Source: Owenia fusiformis
Taxonomy: Eukaryota
DNA length: 64,000 nucleotides
Assembly: GCA_903813345.2 (NCBI GenBank)
Contig: CAIIXF020000001.1
Span: 39,556,001 to 39,620,000, forward strand
Direction of reading: 5' to 3'
Positions 63,787 to 64,000 of the stretch are shown here, in pieces. Both the position numbers and the translations under genes were made by a program. The notes under the pieces were generated by a model. It was not told the DNA's origin. It worked only from the letters and a program-made list of their open reading frames with translations, and ran no database searches. Within the stretch, counting starts at the first letter, position 1. Every line of letters starts with the position of its first letter.

Positions 63787-64000
63787 TGGTCCATGGTATG
63801 AAATTCCTAGGACGCCTAATAGCTGGTAAAACAATATAGCACAGCGATATTTGACCTAATAAACGTATACATACCTACACATGTCCAGTATTGTTTTTTC
63901 TAATTATAATCGTTCAACGTTCTTCGGGCTTAGCAGGGGTAAAAATATTAGTAAAATGAAACCCCATTTTTACAATTTGGAGTACACACTGCTACAGAAA
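63787..64000 (+). mobile_element. Left end of a second copy of the 36285 element family (truncated by window end)
   Basis: gtccatggtatgaaat..ctaggacg..cagcgatatttgacctaat..acaatttggagtacac matches ~36287-36512. Confidence 0.8.

Overview
AT-rich, intron-containing animal genomic DNA, probably an invertebrate (taxon not determinable). It is not prokaryotic, so most ORF-track entries are exon fragments or noise. I assembled five spliced gene models by hand from GT-AG junctions and phase matching. (1-2) Two near-identical tandem copies (1..~14319 and 15543..~27227) of an 11-exon minus-strand gene I do not recognise. It encodes a secreted 753/769-aa protein: signal peptide, acidic pro-segment ending RR, a 16-aa amphipathic segment followed by GKK, then two [Thr/Pro mucin linker + helical Cys-pair domain] modules. 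Each copy has its own TATA/CCAAT promoter. (3) A TIMP with 18 cysteines and a C-terminal extension (minus). (4) A stand-alone MOSPD2-like CRAL-TRIO gene (plus), head-to-head with the TIMP. (5) The 3' part of an FNDC4/FNDC5 (irisin-precursor)-like FN3-TM gene ending in a PDZ-binding motif (minus). Introns and intergenic DNA are packed with non-autonomous DNA transposons and MITEs, some nested three deep and differing between the two duplicates. There is also a 54-bp minisatellite. No transposase, RNA gene or CRISPR array was found.
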